The notes beneath the pieces were generated by a model. The model made no database searches, was not told the origin of the DNA, and saw nothing but the letters and a program-made list of their open reading frames with translations. 64,000 nucleotides of DNA, taken from positions 1,120,001 to 1,184,000 of the forward strand of contig CAVXGK010000001.1 of assembly GCA_963761305.1 (NCBI GenBank). The letters run 5' to 3'. The stretch is from an uncultured Gemmatimonadaceae bacterium. GTDB taxonomy: Bacteria; Gemmatimonadota; Gemmatimonadetes; Gemmatimonadales; Gemmatimonadaceae. Shown piece after piece: positions 1 to 10,133 of this stretch. The position numbers and the translations under genes are program-made. How positions within the stretch are numbered: the first letter of the stretch is position 1; every line of letters begins with the position of its first letter.

Positions 1-56
1 ACGTGGGGCGATGAAATGATTGCAGGCCCGCGGGCGGCAGATCCCATCGTCCGCAG

Positions 57-443
57 GTGGCGAGCAAACGACTTCCCTCCGGGCACGAGCTGACGCACTC
101 GATCATCGGCGGCTTTTACGAGGTCTATAACCACCTTGGCTACGGGCTGCTCGAGTCGGTCTACCTCGCGGCAATCCGTCGAGAGCTCGAATCGCGCGGT
201 CTCTTCGTCGAGCGTGAGGTCTGGATCAACGTGTTCTAGGGAGAAACGATCGCGAAGCAGCGGATGGATGTGATCGTCGACCATAGCGTCGTCGTCGAGA
301 TCAAAGCCACAGAAAGGGTTCCACAGTTCGCGCGTCGCCAACTGCTGAACTACTTGCGCGCGACTCGCCTCGAGCTGGGCCTGCTCCTGCATTTTGGTCC
401 CGAGCCCAGAGTCTACCGACTCATCGATACCAAGAAAACTTGA
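57..443 (+). pseudogene. GxxExxY (PD-(D/E)XK superfamily) protein interrupted by an in-frame TAG at 237-239
   Basis: LGYGLLESVY motif. The frame continues after the TAG as GETIAKQRMDVIVDHSVVVEIKA...QLLNYLRATRLELGLLLHFG to TGA at 441-443. Confidence 0.85.
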
Positions 444-534
444 ACGCAGATGCCGCAGATTTGAACAGCAATGTCGCAGATCTTTCGCTGTCTATCTGCG
501 GCATCGCATTTCAGATCCGCGGCATCTGTGTTGA
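441..534. repeat. REP-like imperfect palindrome (CGCAGAT units), copy 1
   Basis: AACGCAGATGCCGCAGATTTGAA ... TTCAGATCCGCGGCATCTGTGTT; arms of about 40 bp and a 12-nt loop; homologous to 31138-31259. Confidence 0.85.
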
Positions 535-617
535 CATCTCTTGCCGAGCGGAGTGGCCCGAGGTGGACGCCGAAGCCTGATGCGCGCAGCTTCCAGTACC
601 TCACCAGAACTGGGATC

Positions 618-2330
618 ATGCGCACGGTCACACGAATCATTTCCATCCTCGCCATCGCCAGCCCGGCCGCCGCCCAGACGAAGGGGGCGGCGCCGAAATC
701 CGCGGCGTCGTTCACCGTCGTCGAAGCCACGATCGCCGACATGCGGACGGCGCTCGAGCAGCATCGCACGACGTCGCACGACATCGTCGTGCAGTATCTC
801 GCGCGCATCGCGACGTACGAGGACAAGCTGCACGCGGTGATCACGGTGAATCCGCGCGCCATCGCGATCGCCGATTCGCTCGACCGCTTGCGGGCACAGG
901 GACGCATTCTCGGGCCGATGCACGGCATCCCCGTCGCGCTCAAGGACAACGTTCACACGACCGACATGCCGACGACCGGCGGCGCCTTGGCATTCGCCGA
1001 CCTCGTCCCTCCGTATGAGGCGACTCTCACCAAGAACCTCGAAGCCGCCGGCGCGATCATCCTCGCCAAGACGCAGCTCACCGAGCTCGCGAATTGGGTC
1101 GCCGCGGCGATGCCGGGCAACTACAACGGGCTCAATGGCCAAGGCATGAACCCGTGGGATCCGCGCCGCGACCCGCGCGATGCGTTCTTCGACGGACGTC
1201 CAGTGTTGACGACCGGGGGGTCGAGCAGCGGCGCCGGCACGAACGTGAGCTTCTGGATGGCGAACGTCGGCACGGAGACGTCGGGGTCGATCCTCAGTCC
1301 ATCCAATCAGAACATGCTCGTCGGCATCAAGCCGACCGTCGGGCGCGTGAGCCGATACGGCGTCATCCCCATCACCGCCGATCAGGACACGCCCGGGCCC
1401 ATGGCGCGCACCGTCTCGGACGCCGCGATCTTCCTCGGCGCGCTGGAGGGCGCGGCGCCCGACCCCAACGATCCGGCGACGCGCAAGTGTCCGCCGCCGG
1501 CGGGACGGGACTATACGAAATTTCTAAATCCAAACGGGCTCAAAGGGGCGCGCATCGGGATCCCGCGCGCGTTCTTCTACGATCGCACGTCCGCCGGCGC
1601 CACCGCGCCACGCGGCGGCCTGAGCGACCCACAGCGCAAAGCCATGGACGACGCCATCGCGGCGCTCAAGGCGCAGGGCGCGACAATCGTCGACCCGGCC
1701 GACATTCCGAGCATCACCGACACGGTCGCGGCCAACAATTTCACCAACTGGAATCCGTGCAGCGGTGACCAGTCCAAGGGTCGCGATGCCGACTGCTCGA
1801 TCGCGTTCAAGTACGGCATGAAGCGGGATTTCAACGCCTGGCTTCAATCACTCGGCGCCAAGGCTCCGGTGAAATCGCTCACCGAACTGCGTGAATGGAA
1901 CATCACGCACCAACGCGCCGGGTCGATCAAGTACGGGCAGGCGCAGCTTGACATCTCCGACGAGATGGACGTCAACGCGGACCGCGCGCGCTACGAAGCC
2001 GACCGTCGCAAGGACATTCTTCTCTCGGCGACGAACGGCTTGGACGCGGCGCTCAAGGCGCACCAACTCGATGCGCTGCTCTTCCCCGGCGTGAGCAGCG
2101 CGAACATCGGCGCGCGGCCGGGCTACCCGACGGTGACGGTTCCGTTCGCGTTCATCGCCGTGCCGCAGGGTCAGGGCGCGACCGCGTTTCCGCCCGGATT
2201 CGAGCCGAAGCCGGCGCCGTTCAACGTGAGCTTCACCGGAACGGCGTGCAGTGAACCAAAGTTGATCGAGATCGCCTACGCGTTCGAGCAGGCGACGAAG
2301 AAGCGAATTCCGCCCCCGCTCTTTCCGTAG
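618..2330 (+). CDS. Secreted amidase-signature family protein
   Basis: Signal peptide; GIPVALKDN, GGSSSGAG and GTETSGSILSPS motifs. Confidence 0.9.
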   Translation: MRTVTRIISILAIASPAAAQTKGAAPKSAASFTVVEATIADMRTALEQHRTTSHDIVVQYLARIATYEDKLHAVITVNPRAIAIADSLDRLRAQGRILGPMHGIPVALKDNVHTTDMPTTGGALAFADLVPPYEATLTKNLEAAGAIILAKTQLTELANWVAAAMPGNYNGLNGQGMNPWDPRRDPRDAFFDGRPVLTTGGSSSGAGTNVSFWMANVGTETSGSILSPSNQNMLVGIKPTVGRVSRYGVIPITADQDTPGPMARTVSDAAIFLGALEGAAPDPNDPATRKCPPPAGRDYTKFLNPNGLKGARIGIPRAFFYDRTSAGATAPRGGLSDPQRKAMDDAIAALKAQGATIVDPADIPSITDTVAANNFTNWNPCSGDQSKGRDADCSIAFKYGMKRDFNAWLQSLGAKAPVKSLTELREWNITHQRAGSIKYGQAQLDISDEMDVNADRARYEADRRKDILLSATNGLDAALKAHQLDALLFPGVSSANIGARPGYPTVTVPFAFIAVPQGQGATAFPPGFEPKPAPFNVSFTGTACSEPKLIEIAYAFEQATKKRIPPPLFP

Positions 2331-2345
2331 TGCGGCCGCACGTCG

Positions 2346-2843
2346 CTAGAACTTTGCGCTGAACGTTCCGCTCTGTACCGACAAGGTGTTCGATCCGTCG
2401 CCCGGGGAGGTCAGAACCATCACGAAGTTGAACGTTCCTGAGACGCCGTCGGCGCTGTAGTTCGTAATCGTGACCGATCCGCTGACTCCGTTGTCCAGAC
2501 AGTCGGCCCCCCAGGCATTGGGCACCCTCACCACGGACCCGTGGACCGGCGTGGGACAGGTGAAAGACAAGGTGAACGTGCCGGTCGACGTCGCGTTGAC
2601 CATGAATCCGACGTTGTACGTCGAGTTGTCCGTTCCCGAAATGCCGAAACTCTTGCCATCCTGGCTCCGCACCAGGCTGACCACGGTCGCGTGCCACGAC
2701 GATCCGGCGATCGTCGCCGCCATCGCCGCCGCCCCGGTCACGCTCGCATCTACGCCGGGAGCCGTGCTGCCGCCGCACGCCGACCCGAGCCAGATGCACA
2801 GACTCGCGGCCGCGACGCCCCTCGTGATGCGCTCGATCACCAT
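2346..2843 (-). CDS. Hypothetical lipoprotein (beta-rich)
   Basis: GGAGG RBS; MVIERITRGVAAASLCIWLGSAC lipobox-like start; Ser/Thr/Gly-rich beta strands. Confidence 0.65.
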   Translation of the reverse strand: MVIERITRGVAAASLCIWLGSACGGSTAPGVDASVTGAAAMAATIAGSSWHATVVSLVRSQDGKSFGISGTDNSTYNVGFMVNATSTGTFTLSFTCPTPVHGSVVRVPNAWGADCLDNGVSGSVTITNYSADGVSGTFNFVMVLTSPGDGSNTLSVQSGTFSAKF

Positions 2844-2866
2844 GTGATGCCTCCACCTGTCCATGG

Positions 2867-3529
2867 TTAGAAGAGAATCCCAAAGCTCACCGGGATCGCC
2901 GTGATGGTCTTTCGATCGATCACGCCCTGATCCGTGTAGATGTTCTGGACGCGCCCCTCGGCGAACGCCTCGAGGCGTCCGAACTTGATGCGCACGCCGG
3001 CGCCGCCATCGATGCCGAACTTGAACGGCGGCGTCGACGGCGCCGGGGTCGACCCGCTCGCCGAGCCGGTAGTCGACCCGGTGGTCGCCGCGTTCTGGAG
3101 ATCGTCGGACACGTGGAACGCGCCCACGCCGGCGGTCACGTACGGACGGATCGGTCCGAATGGAATCACGGTGATCGAAAGCCCGCCGCCCCCGCTCAGG
3201 ATGCTCGTTTGACCGGCAGGCTGGCCGCCGAGCAGTTGCTTGTAGTCGAACCGTTGATATCCCAGGTTGAGTCGGATCGGAGGGAGGAGGCCAAGATCGA
3301 TGAGCACGTAGCCTTCGCCATTCACGCCGTTCTTGAGGGCGTCCGCGGCATGGTTGGTCGGCACACTCATTCCGCCGCCGAAGCCGATCCGGAGGAAATG
3401 GTGGTCCGACCCGCCGCCGCCCTGGCCACTGGGCATCTGGCTTGGCAGCTGGGCGCCGGACGACGCGACCATCGAGCCGACAAGCGCGAGCGCCATTGCG
3501 GCGATCGTTCGAGTGCGATTGCTCTTCAT
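2867..3529 (-). CDS. Outer-membrane beta-barrel protein
   Basis: Signal peptide, IRPYVTAGVG strand, alternating hydrophobic strands, C-terminal Phe; GGAGG RBS. Confidence 0.8.
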   Translation of the reverse strand: MKSNRTRTIAAMALALVGSMVASSGAQLPSQMPSGQGGGGSDHHFLRIGFGGGMSVPTNHAADALKNGVNGEGYVLIDLGLLPPIRLNLGYQRFDYKQLLGGQPAGQTSILSGGGGLSITVIPFGPIRPYVTAGVGAFHVSDDLQNAATTGSTTGSASGSTPAPSTPPFKFGIDGGAGVRIKFGRLEAFAEGRVQNIYTDQGVIDRKTITAIPVSFGILF

Positions 3530-3566
3530 TGATTCCTCCCTCCCCCGTTGACGCAGTTGTGACCAC

Positions 3567-3589
3567 GCAAGCGTCGCCTGAACGCTTGC
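3567..3589. promoter_or_regulatory. Inverted repeat in divergent intergenic region (possible operator)
   Basis: GCAAGCGT-N7-ACGCTTGC with perfect 8-bp arms. Confidence 0.35.
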
Positions 3590-3687
3590 TGGCACTCTGA
3601 TCGACCACTAGAATCGGCGGACAAGGTCGACGCGGACCATCATCCGGTCATCACGCGCCACTCATTCGGGCGTCATCGAGGTCCAAG

Positions 3688-6558
3688 TTGCTGCGGCTGA
3701 GGACGTTCGGCGGCCTGTGGATCGAGAATTCGGAGGCACCCCTCGAACCGGGGAGCGGGCCGCGCCCGCGATCGCTCGCGCTGCTGGCCATCTGCGCGGC
3801 GGCGGGCGCCAAGGGAGTGAGCCGCGAGCGCGTGCTCGGCATTCTCTGGCCCGATTCGCACCCCGAGCGCGCGCGGCACGCACTCTCGCAGACGCTCTAC
3901 AATCTTCGGAAGGAAATCGGAAGCGACGTCGTCGTCTCGTCATCCGACCTCCGGCTGGACCCGCAACGGATATCGAGCGACGTCGACGAGTTTCGCGCGG
4001 CGATCGCGGCGAAGAGCTGGGCGGACGCGGCGGCTCTCTACACCGGTCCGTTTCTCGACGCTTTCTACATTGGCGATGCCGCCGAGTTCGAGCGCTGGGT
4101 CGATTCAGAACGAGAGTCGCTTGCCGCCGATGCCGGCCGCGCGATCGAGACTGCCGCGAAGGCGTTCACCGAGTCCGGCAAGCACGACGAAGCGGCCGAC
4201 GCGCTGCGCCGACTCACCCGACTCGATCCGACGAACTCGCGGTTTGCCGCCAAGTATATGGAAGCGCTGGCTCGGCGCGGTGATCGAGCGGCCGCGATCG
4301 CGCACGGACGCGCGCACGCGGAGCTGTTGCAACGAGAGTTCGAGGTCGACCCGGATGCCGAGCTCGAACAACTCATCGGGCGGCTTCGCGAAGCTGCTCC
4401 ACCGGCGATCACGCCGGCGCCGGCTCGCGTCAAGACGCGGACGTCGGGATCGATACCAATCGCGTCGCCGGAGCGCGTCGACGTTCGAGCCTCCGGCGCC
4501 GTTCCCCTCGCCGCATCGCGCCGGCGCGGCGCTCGACCCGGCGCGCTCGCCGCCGCGGCGCTGGTCGTCGCCGTCATCGCGGCGGCCGCGATCGTTCGGC
4601 ATCCTACGGCCGCGGACGACACGCGTCGGCCCATCCTGGCCGTCGGGCACATTCGAGATCTCGATGTGTCCGACTCGGCCGCGCGGAACGGCGTGTCGAG
4701 CGAAATGCTCGCGACGAGCCTCGCTCGCTTGAGCCAGGTGCAGGTCGTTGCGAGCTCGCGAATGCTCGAGCTCACGCCGCGCAACGCTGACACGTCGCGG
4801 GCGACGTGGACCGGCGCGGCCCGACGCGCTGGAGCGACCGAGGTGCTCGAAGGCGAGTTCGTTCCCCTTCCCAACCAGACTTTGCAGCTCGACGTGCGGC
4901 GCGTCGACGTCGCGAACGGATTGGTGCGCGCCGCGTATCGAGCGTCGGGTCGCGACCGCGTCGCGTTGCTCGACAGCGTGACGTCGCTCATCGCGGCGGA
5001 CCTTGGCGTCCGGGCGCCGGTCGGTTCGTTCACCCAGGTGTCCACGCGCTCGGCGGTCGCGTTTCGTCTCTACGAAGAAGGGCTGCGGTCCTTCTATCAA
5101 TTCGACCCGCTCGCCGCGGGAAGACTCTTTCGCGCGTCGCTCCGTGAGGATTCGACGTTCGCGTTGGCGGCCTATTACGCGTGGCGATCCGCGGCCGCCG
5201 TCGGCGATTCTGAGCAGAGCTCGTTCGCCGACCGCGCGATGAAGCTCGCGCCGGCTGCGTCGGCGAGAGATCGATTGCTGATCGTCACCCACGTTGGGTT
5301 GGACCGCGACGATCCGCGGGCGTTGGCGTCGGCCGAGACGTTGGCGGTGATGTATCCGCGCGATCCGGAGGCGCTCATTCGCGCCGGCGAGGTCGTGCCA
5401 GACTTGTCGCAGTCGGTACAGCTGCTCAACCGATCCATCGCACTCGACTCGGCGGCCGGCGTCGGCGAAACTGCGATCTGCCGGCTCTGCGACGCGTTAA
5501 GCCTTCTCACCAAGCGCTACGAGTGGGCGGACTCCGACGCCGCCGTGCAGCGCACGCTCGCGCGGTGGCATTCGCTGCGGCCAAGCGATGCCGCACCATG
5601 GGGATTTCAGGCGGACTGGGAGACGGGGTTTGGTCGTCGCTCCGAAGCTGATTCGGCGATGCGTCGCTTCGTCGCGCTCGGCGGCGCGCACGGCGATGCC
5701 GGGCTCGATGGACTCATCCGCGGCCTTCGGCTCGACGACTTCAAGGCGGTTGACGCCGCGTGCGACGAGGGACTCGCGACGGAGGATTCGGCGCAGTTCG
5801 CCCAGTACCGTTGGTACTGCACGATCGGTCTTCGCATGGAAGGACGCTATCGGGATGCACTCTCGCTGGTTCACGACGGCCGCCTGCCCGCGGGACTGGC
5901 GCGGCGACGCGTCGGCCCCGAGCCGTATCTCGGCGCGATCGTCGACTTCGAGATGGGCCGGCCCCGAACTGCGGCGGACCAGTTCCTCGCGCTGAGCGGG
6001 CGGGCGAGCGACACGACTGGAATCAGCGCACGGCAGAAGTATTCACGCACCGAGGCGTGGTTCCTCACGCTCGCGGCGACGGCGTGGGTCGCCGGCAACG
6101 ACACGTTGTCGGCGCGGCGCATGGTGGACACCATCGAGATGGTGGGAAGCCGAAGTCTCTTCGCGCGAAATCCGCTGCTGCATCACTTCGTGCGCGGTCT
6201 GCTGTACTCGTCGGCGCGTCAGGACGACGCCGCCGTTCGCGAATTTCGAGCGGCGATGAATTCGCCGACGTTCGGATACACGCGCATCAACTACGAGCTG
6301 GGAAAAACGCTGCTGGCCGAACACAGACCGCGCGACGGCATTCCCGTCGTGCAGGCCGCGCTGCACGGTGGCATCGAAGGGTCGGGGCTTTATCTCACAC
6401 GGACCGAGCTGCACGAGCTGCTCGCTCGGTTGTTCGACGCCGCCGGGCAACGCGACAGCGCGAGAGCGCACTATCGTATCGTCGCCAGGGCGTGGGGATC
6501 CGCCGATTCGTTTCTCTGGGCGAGACGCGACAGCGCGCAGGCGATGGTGACGCGGTGA
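3688..6558 (+). CDS. SARP/BTAD-domain transmembrane transcriptional regulator with TPR-like C-terminal region
   Basis: LRLRTFGGL...SRERVLGILWPD...ALSQTLYNLRK, LYTGPFL, FERWVDSER; one TM helix near aa 285-303; helical repeats. Confidence 0.85.
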   Translation: MLRLRTFGGLWIENSEAPLEPGSGPRPRSLALLAICAAAGAKGVSRERVLGILWPDSHPERARHALSQTLYNLRKEIGSDVVVSSSDLRLDPQRISSDVDEFRAAIAAKSWADAAALYTGPFLDAFYIGDAAEFERWVDSERESLAADAGRAIETAAKAFTESGKHDEAADALRRLTRLDPTNSRFAAKYMEALARRGDRAAAIAHGRAHAELLQREFEVDPDAELEQLIGRLREAAPPAITPAPARVKTRTSGSIPIASPERVDVRASGAVPLAASRRRGARPGALAAAALVVAVIAAAAIVRHPTAADDTRRPILAVGHIRDLDVSDSAARNGVSSEMLATSLARLSQVQVVASSRMLELTPRNADTSRATWTGAARRAGATEVLEGEFVPLPNQTLQLDVRRVDVANGLVRAAYRASGRDRVALLDSVTSLIAADLGVRAPVGSFTQVSTRSAVAFRLYEEGLRSFYQFDPLAAGRLFRASLREDSTFALAAYYAWRSAAAVGDSEQSSFADRAMKLAPAASARDRLLIVTHVGLDRDDPRALASAETLAVMYPRDPEALIRAGEVVPDLSQSVQLLNRSIALDSAAGVGETAICRLCDALSLLTKRYEWADSDAAVQRTLARWHSLRPSDAAPWGFQADWETGFGRRSEADSAMRRFVALGGAHGDAGLDGLIRGLRLDDFKAVDAACDEGLATEDSAQFAQYRWYCTIGLRMEGRYRDALSLVHDGRLPAGLARRRVGPEPYLGAIVDFEMGRPRTAADQFLALSGRASDTTGISARQKYSRTEAWFLTLAATAWVAGNDTLSARRMVDTIEMVGSRSLFARNPLLHHFVRGLLYSSARQDDAAVREFRAAMNSPTFGYTRINYELGKTLLAEHRPRDGIPVVQAALHGGIEGSGLYLTRTELHELLARLFDAAGQRDSARAHYRIVARAWGSADSFLWARRDSAQAMVTR

Positions 6559-8468
6559 TTCGTCGAGCGAGCGTCATCGTCATCGCTGCCGCGTTGGCGT
6601 GCAACCGCGGTGGGACGCCGCGCAATGACGGCATCGAGCTGATTCTGTCCGACGTCGTCAACGCGACGGGCGACACGGTCTTCGATCGGTCGGTTCAGAC
6701 GGCGGCGTTGATTGCGCTGCGGCAATCGACATACGTGCACATCTATCCCCAATCGCGACTGCTCGCGATGTACGCGCTGATGCGCATCGGCAGACCCGAT
6801 ACGGCGCTGACGTTCGATCTGGCGCAGGAAGTGGCCGAGCGCGCCGGCGTGCGCTGGGTTCTCGGGTTGAATCTCTCGCGGCGCGACGATCTGTACGTCG
6901 TGGAAGCCCGCTTGACCGACGTCGGCACCAAGGGACGCGCGGTCGTGCGGATCGCCAACACGCCGGTCCCGCGCACGGCTGTCCTCGCGGTCGTAGATGA
7001 AACGTTGCGTGAGGTCCGACGCACGATCGGCGAATCTCGGCGCGAGCTCTCGGCGCGAAGCGGGCGGCTCCCGTTCGTCACGACGGAGTCGCTCGAGGCC
7101 CTGCATTCGTACGCAGACGGCTCCGCTGCGTGGGCGCAAGGCGACTATGAGCGCGCGCGCGAGCTCTGGGAGCGCGCCGTCGATCTCGACACGGGCTTCG
7201 CGATGGCCCTCGGCGCGCTCGGTTCCTGGCACTACTACACGCACAACCGCGATCTCGGCGAGCATTACTTTCAGGCTGCATTCGCGCACGAGAATCGGCT
7301 GACCGAGCGCGAGCTGCTCGATCTCCGAATCCGGAGAGCGGGACATCGCGGAAACCTCGATTCGGCGATCGCGCTCCAGCGGCGGATGGCGGATGAGTTT
7401 CCCGCCACCGACAGCTGGTACGACCTCGGCACGGATCTCATGCGCGCCGGACGCGAGAACGAAGCCATCGCGGCGTTCGAGCGAACGCTGGCCATCGACT
7501 CACTCTACACGCGCGCGTGGATCAACCTGGCCACCGCCAACAACATCGTTGGACGCCAGAACCAAGCGATCGAGAGTTATCGCCGAGCCGAGCGCGTCGA
7601 CGCGACGGCCCTGTACCACGGAAACATCAACCACGAGTTTGGCATCGCGCTGGTTTTGGCCGGGCGACTCGCCGACGCGGACTCGGCGTACCGGCGTATG
7701 GCGGCCGCGCCGACGATCGAAGATCGAGCGTTGGGATTCCGATCGTTGGGTTATCTCGCGCTGTGGCGCGGCAACCTCGTGGCGGCAGCGGACTACTTTC
7801 GGCTGGCAGGCGACGCGACGGTGCAAATGCATTCGGCGTTGAGCGAGGCGCGCAATCGTCTGCTGCTGGCCAATGTGTATCGCGCGGAAAACCGGACCGC
7901 CGAGGCGAACCACGAAGTCGATCGCGTGTTGGCGCTGGCCACTGCGCCCACGATCGAGCCGGCGTTTCTCGGTGTCCTCGCCTATCAGTGCGCGCAGCTC
8001 GATCGGCGCCGCGACGCGGATTCGGCGGCACATCTCGCCCGGCGAAAGGCGCGGGCCGACAATCCCGTCGACCAAGCGTCGGTCGCGTTCGCGGACGCGG
8101 CCACGTTCCTCGCGCGTCACCGTCCCGACAGCGCATTGGATGCGGCGCGCCGCTCGGCGAGGCTCCCGTGGCCGATTCTTCGTTCGATGGTGACGGCCGA
8201 GGCGTTCCGCGGAACGAATCAGCTCGATTCAGCTCGCGCCGCGTTGCGAGAGATGCTTTCGACGAGCGGATTTGGCAGCGAGGGCGAGACGGATTGGCTC
8301 CATGCCCCACTCGTCCTCGGCGACCTGCTCGTCGCCGCCGGCGACACGGCCGGCGCGATTCAGCGGTACCGTGGGCTGATCGACCAGTGGCGTGACGCGC
8401 CCGCCGAATCGCCGGATCTGGTGGCGGCGCGGGCGCGGCTCAAAGCGTTGGCGGCGGCCGGGCGCTAG
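6555..8468 (+). CDS. TPR-repeat lipoprotein
   Basis: GTGA overlap with the upstream stop; ALAC lipobox; TTESLEALHSY motif and multiple TPRs. Confidence 0.75.
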   Translation: MIRRASVIVIAAALACNRGGTPRNDGIELILSDVVNATGDTVFDRSVQTAALIALRQSTYVHIYPQSRLLAMYALMRIGRPDTALTFDLAQEVAERAGVRWVLGLNLSRRDDLYVVEARLTDVGTKGRAVVRIANTPVPRTAVLAVVDETLREVRRTIGESRRELSARSGRLPFVTTESLEALHSYADGSAAWAQGDYERARELWERAVDLDTGFAMALGALGSWHYYTHNRDLGEHYFQAAFAHENRLTERELLDLRIRRAGHRGNLDSAIALQRRMADEFPATDSWYDLGTDLMRAGRENEAIAAFERTLAIDSLYTRAWINLATANNIVGRQNQAIESYRRAERVDATALYHGNINHEFGIALVLAGRLADADSAYRRMAAAPTIEDRALGFRSLGYLALWRGNLVAAADYFRLAGDATVQMHSALSEARNRLLLANVYRAENRTAEANHEVDRVLALATAPTIEPAFLGVLAYQCAQLDRRRDADSAAHLARRKARADNPVDQASVAFADAATFLARHRPDSALDAARRSARLPWPILRSMVTAEAFRGTNQLDSARAALREMLSTSGFGSEGETDWLHAPLVLGDLLVAAGDTAGAIQRYRGLIDQWRDAPAESPDLVAARARLKALAAAGR

Positions 8469-8483
8469 TCCGCCGCTTTGAGG

Positions 8484-8726
8484 TCAGGGCTTCACTTTGA
8501 GCTCGGACTTGTGAGCGGCGATGAATTCGCGAAGCTCGTCCGACATGTCGAGCAGCTTGAGCCACTGCTCCTGGTAGAGCGTGATGGGAAATCGCCCGAG
8601 GCCGTAGACGGACACGCCGCCCTTCTCACTCACTTTGAGGGAGACACCTTTGGCGGCCCCCTTCTTGAGCGACTCGTTTTCCCGACGCAGCCGCTCGAGT
8701 TCCGCCTTGAGATCTTCGTCCGCCAT
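8484..8726 (-). CDS. Small conserved hypothetical protein (coiled coil followed by KVSEKGGVSVYGLGRFPITLY)
   Basis: Host-like codon usage; motif recognised from other soil bacteria. Confidence 0.8.
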   Translation of the reverse strand: MADEDLKAELERLRRENESLKKGAAKGVSLKVSEKGGVSVYGLGRFPITLYQEQWLKLLDMSDELREFIAAHKSELKVKP

Positions 8727-8810
8727 ATCGACCCGGATTGGGAATCGGGGAACGGAGACGTCACCGATTCGGTAGACCAGAAGTATATCATGGGCCGATG
8801 TCCCGACGAC

Positions 8811-10133
8811 CTACTCGACCCGAACCGGCCTCGAGCCCGGAGAGTCCAAAGCGGAGAGGGCGCGGCTGACGGCGGCGGCGACGACGAGGAGTTGTTCGGT
8901 TCTGTCGCGACGTCCCACGAGTTGCAGGCCAACGGGAAGGCCTGGCGTCGGAATCGGCAGCGAGATCGCCGGGTGCCCGGTGACGTTGAACAGTTGTGTG
9001 AGCCGCAACATCGCTGCACGCACCGGCAGTGTCTGACCATTGTCCATCGTCGCGTCGGTCGCGCCAAGCTTCGGGGCGACGATCGGGAGCGTGGGGAGCA
9101 CGAGCACATCGCACCGATCGAGCGCCGCGTCGACGGCGCGATGCAGCGTGTCACGCGTGTCGCGCGCGGCGAGGTAGTCGACAGCCGAGATCGTGCGGCC
9201 CTTTAGAAGACGCTCACGCACTGCCGGTTGATAGTCGTCGGCGCGCGAATCGAGCGTCGGCGCGTGCCAGTGTGCAGCTTCGGGCAACGAGATGTTGATG
9301 TACGTGTCGGTGATACGATCGGTCCCCTGCACCGTCCGCGATTCGGTCGCGATACCTGACGCCCGAAGTCGGTCGAGCGCCGATTCGAACGCGGCGCGCA
9401 CGTCGTGATCGAGCAGCGCCGTGAAATAGCCGCCGAGCACACCGAGCGTGATCTTGGGCGGCGCCGGTGCGTCGAGCCGCGGGAACGGGCGCGACGCGAG
9501 CACGGACCAGATGGCGGCCGCGTCTTCGACCGAGCGCGTGATCGGCCCGACGTGGTCGAACGTCGGGCACAACGGCACGACGCCGTCCGTCGGCACCTCG
9601 CCGAGCGACGGCTTGAGGCCGACGACACCGCACGCCGCCGCCGGAATCCGAATCGAGCCGCCGGTGTCGGTGCCGATCGACGCCTGCCCCATGCCGCTCG
9701 CGACAGCCGCCGCCGAGCCGCCGCTCGATCCGCCCGCCGATCGTGTCGGGTCGTGCGGGTTTCGTACGGGACCGAAGGCCGACTCTTCGCTGGTCGTCCC
9801 CAGCGCGAACTCGTGGAGGTTGGTCTTGCCGATGATGACGGCGCCGGCTTCGCGCAGGCGCTGCACGACGGTCGCGTCGCGCGCGGCCAGATGTGTTTTG
9901 CGAACGTTCGACGCGGCGGTGGTCAATTGGCCGGCAATGTCGATCAGGTCTTTGACCGAGATCGGCATCCCGTGCAACGGTCCGCGACTGACGCCGTGAC
10001 TACTCTCCGCGTCGGCGGCTCGCGCCGCCGCCCGCGCCGCTTGTGCGTCGGCGTAGATGAAGGCGTTGGTGAGGGACCGGTGCTCAGCGAGGGCGGCGAG
10101 GCTCGCCTCCAGACGTTCGGCAGCGGACGTCAT
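8811..10133 (-). CDS. Amidase (GatA-related amidase signature family)
   Basis: GMPISVKD, GGSSGGSAAAVA, GTDTGGSIRIPAA. Confidence 0.92.
   Translation of the reverse strand: MTSAAERLEASLAALAEHRSLTNAFIYADAQAARAAARAADAESSHGVSRGPLHGMPISVKDLIDIAGQLTTAASNVRKTHLAARDATVVQRLREAGAVIIGKTNLHEFALGTTSEESAFGPVRNPHDPTRSAGGSSGGSAAAVASGMGQASIGTDTGGSIRIPAAACGVVGLKPSLGEVPTDGVVPLCPTFDHVGPITRSVEDAAAIWSVLASRPFPRLDAPAPPKITLGVLGGYFTALLDHDVRAAFESALDRLRASGIATESRTVQGTDRITDTYINISLPEAAHWHAPTLDSRADDYQPAVRERLLKGRTISAVDYLAARDTRDTLHRAVDAALDRCDVLVLPTLPIVAPKLGATDATMDNGQTLPVRAAMLRLTQLFNVTGHPAISLPIPTPGLPVGLQLVGRRDRTEQLLVVAAAVSRALSALDSPGSRPVRVE

Noticed and set aside
237..239. Pyrrolysine or amber recoding
   Set aside because: Many genes in the window end normally in TAG, no pyl genes are present, and the alignment suggests a 3-nt deletion.
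441..534. CRISPR array or tRNA
   Set aside because: The units form one inverted repeat with no unique spacers; there are no cas genes and no cloverleaf.
8811..10133. gatA assignment
   Set aside because: No gatB or gatC is adjacent and only generic amidase signature motifs are seen.
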